From IMG/VR virus record IMGVR_UViG_3300021405_000008: a stretch of 33,988 nt of DNA; one strand, written 5' to 3'. Of this stretch, positions 32,376-33,988 are shown piece after piece; the stretch's first letter is position 1; every line of letters starts with the position of its first letter. The position numbers were made by a program, and so were the translations under genes. Under the pieces are notes generated by a model that was not told the DNA's origin, made no database searches, and saw only the letters and a program-made list of their open reading frames with translations. This DNA is from a virus. Lineage: Duplodnaviria > Heunggongvirae > Uroviricota > Caudoviricetes.

Positions 32376-33506
32376 ATGGCAATTGCGACGGTAACTCGTC
32401 CGTGCTACTGCACTCGCGAAGAGGTAATGCGAGCGCTGGACATCAAGCCTGCCGCTTACACAGCGCCGCAGATTGACCGAAAGCTGGTCGCAGCTGCAGG
32501 CGCTGTAGATGGCATGTGCAAGCGCAAGTTCTATCCTGAAGATACTACATATGTATTTGACTGGCCAAATTACCAGTATGCCTATCCGTGGCGGCTCTGG
32601 CTCGACCAGTACGAGATGGCTGCGCAGCCGACGCTCGTGGTGTCCGGGACTTATCTGGACACCCCAGTTGTCATTCCCACCGGGACTTACTTCATGGACC
32701 CCATCAATGAGGGTCCGCCGTACAACTCCCTGCAATTGCGCCGGGATCTCAATTCGTCCTTCGGCAATAACACTACGCCGCAGAATGACATTGGGATCAC
32801 CGGCACATTTGGGTTCTGGACGAATACGACTCCCTGTGGGCCGATTGCTGCGGCAATTACATCCACAACCCAGAATACCGTTCAGATGGCCGCTGGGCCG
32901 CTCGCGGGAGCGGGCGTTGGGGATGTACTCATAATTGGTAGCGAGCGAATGCTCGTTACTGACTGCAACTACATCTCGACCGGTATTGCCACTACTGGTT
33001 CGGGCGGCAACTCGGCTCAGAATAACGATAACACACTCACTGTCCCGGATGGAACCCAGTTCTCGGCGAGCGAGATTCTTCTGCTCGATTCCGAGTGGAT
33101 GCTGATACAGACTATCTATGGCAATAATATTGTAGTGAAGCGAGGATGGGGTGGCTCTGTCCTTACGACGCACAATAATCCAACTATATGGGCTAATAGG
33201 CTTCTTTCGGTAAACAGAGGTGTTCTGGGCACAAGTCCGTCCACATATACCCAAGGCACCCAGGCTTCTATCAGTGAGGTGCCGGGTCTTGTAAAGGATG
33301 TTGCCATTGCAACGGCGGTGATTGGTATCACGAACGAACCGTCTGCTTATGCGATCCTGGTGCCTACGTACAACTCCCAGACCGGATCGGCAATGAACTT
33401 CCTTGGGTCTAATGCAGAGGCAGCCCCTGGCGTCGGATACCAGGGCCTGCTGCAGCTCCTAGGCGACAGCATTTACGTCCGCAAGCTAAGGACCCGAGTC
33501 ATATGA
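32376..33506 (+). CDS. head-tail adaptor (connector) with nested inserted domains
   Basis: YCTREEVMRALD N-terminus, VDGMCKRKFYP, VPGLVKDVAIA C-terminus typical of connector proteins; AGGAA RBS. Confidence 0.7.
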   Translation: MAIATVTRPCYCTREEVMRALDIKPAAYTAPQIDRKLVAAAGAVDGMCKRKFYPEDTTYVFDWPNYQYAYPWRLWLDQYEMAAQPTLVVSGTYLDTPVVIPTGTYFMDPINEGPPYNSLQLRRDLNSSFGNNTTPQNDIGITGTFGFWTNTTPCGPIAAAITSTTQNTVQMAAGPLAGAGVGDVLIIGSERMLVTDCNYISTGIATTGSGGNSAQNNDNTLTVPDGTQFSASEILLLDSEWMLIQTIYGNNIVVKRGWGGSVLTTHNNPTIWANRLLSVNRGVLGTSPSTYTQGTQASISEVPGLVKDVAIATAVIGITNEPSAYAILVPTYNSQTGSAMNFLGSNAEAAPGVGYQGLLQLLGDSIYVRKLRTRVI

Positions 33507-33928
33507 CGATGTCCAAGCAGCGTATTGCCATCATCCTGGGGTCAGCAGACGGTGTCACGCTAGCCGTATCGATCATGGCCAGCCTGACTGGAAATCAGAC
33601 TGCGATATGGCACGCAGGACTTGGTGATGGTCTCGGTGAGCTAGTGGGTATGTTCGCGGCCCTATACCTTAGTAGCAGCGATGACAAGACCGGGTTCTGG
33701 CCTGCAGTCTCCTGTGGCCTAGCGACCCTAGTTGCCTGTACTTTGCCGTGCGTGCCATTTATATTTACAAGAGGAATACTAGCATTTGCACTAGCAGCGC
33801 TTCTAGTTATTTTGGTAGGCGCAGCGATATCTAGACTGCGCCCCGAAAAGGGTGTCAAGGCAGTTCTAATCACCTATGGTGTAATTATCGGCGCTGGACT
33901 CCTGGCATGGGCGGGTAGTTACACATAA
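33503..33928 (+). CDS. VIT1/CCC1-like integral membrane protein (minimal, no cytosolic metal-binding domain)
   Basis: ILGSADG (TM1), GLGDGLGELVGMFAALYLS (TM2), LATLVACTLPCVPF (TM3), two further TMs; ATGA overlap with adaptor. Confidence 0.65.
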   Translation: MTMSKQRIAIILGSADGVTLAVSIMASLTGNQTAIWHAGLGDGLGELVGMFAALYLSSSDDKTGFWPAVSCGLATLVACTLPCVPFIFTRGILAFALAALLVILVGAAISRLRPEKGVKAVLITYGVIIGAGLLAWAGSYT

Positions 33929-33988
33929 TGTGGCACATTATACAGCACTGGCTATCGTATATGACCGGAAGCGAGAACACTTCTGGTG

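Noticed and set aside
1-33988. Alternative genetic code or stop-codon readthrough
   Set aside because: Conserved genes (terL, portal, capsid) are full length in code 11, and TAA, TAG and TGA all terminate genes at coupled junctions.
1-33988. tRNA genes
   Set aside because: No hairpin shows a cloverleaf with a TTCRA T-loop and acceptor stem; tRNAscan-SE would confirm.

Overview
GC-rich (~60%) tailed-phage genome segment, most consistent with an actinobacterial (Streptomyces/actinomycete-type) siphovirus or prophage; host assignment is inference from GC content, gene style and remembered homologue motifs. Left half (1-17.0 kb): about 45 small, tightly coupled minus-strand accessory/early genes, one DUF3631-like P-loop protein, an AT-rich origin-like segment bracketed by 56-bp inverted repeats (11.1-11.6 kb), and an array of genes at 12.2-16.1 kb separated by a family of conserved hairpins. 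Right half (17.2-34 kb): plus-strand virion module with TerS-like protein, TerL, HK97-type portal, ClpP-type prohead protease with a His-rich insert, major capsid, three tandem paralogous post-capsid proteins, head-tail adaptor, and a VIT1/CCC1-like membrane protein. The packaging genes are interrupted by about 16 small accessory genes. No integrase, polymerase, endolysin, tail tube, tape measure, tRNA or CRISPR array was recognised. Top leads: (1) the stop-codon-anchored covarying hairpin/cassette array, (2) possible metal-handling features in the virion operon, (3) candidate anti-defence genes between TerL and portal, (4) the IR-flanked iteron region. All family calls come from motif recognition by eye; no searches were run.
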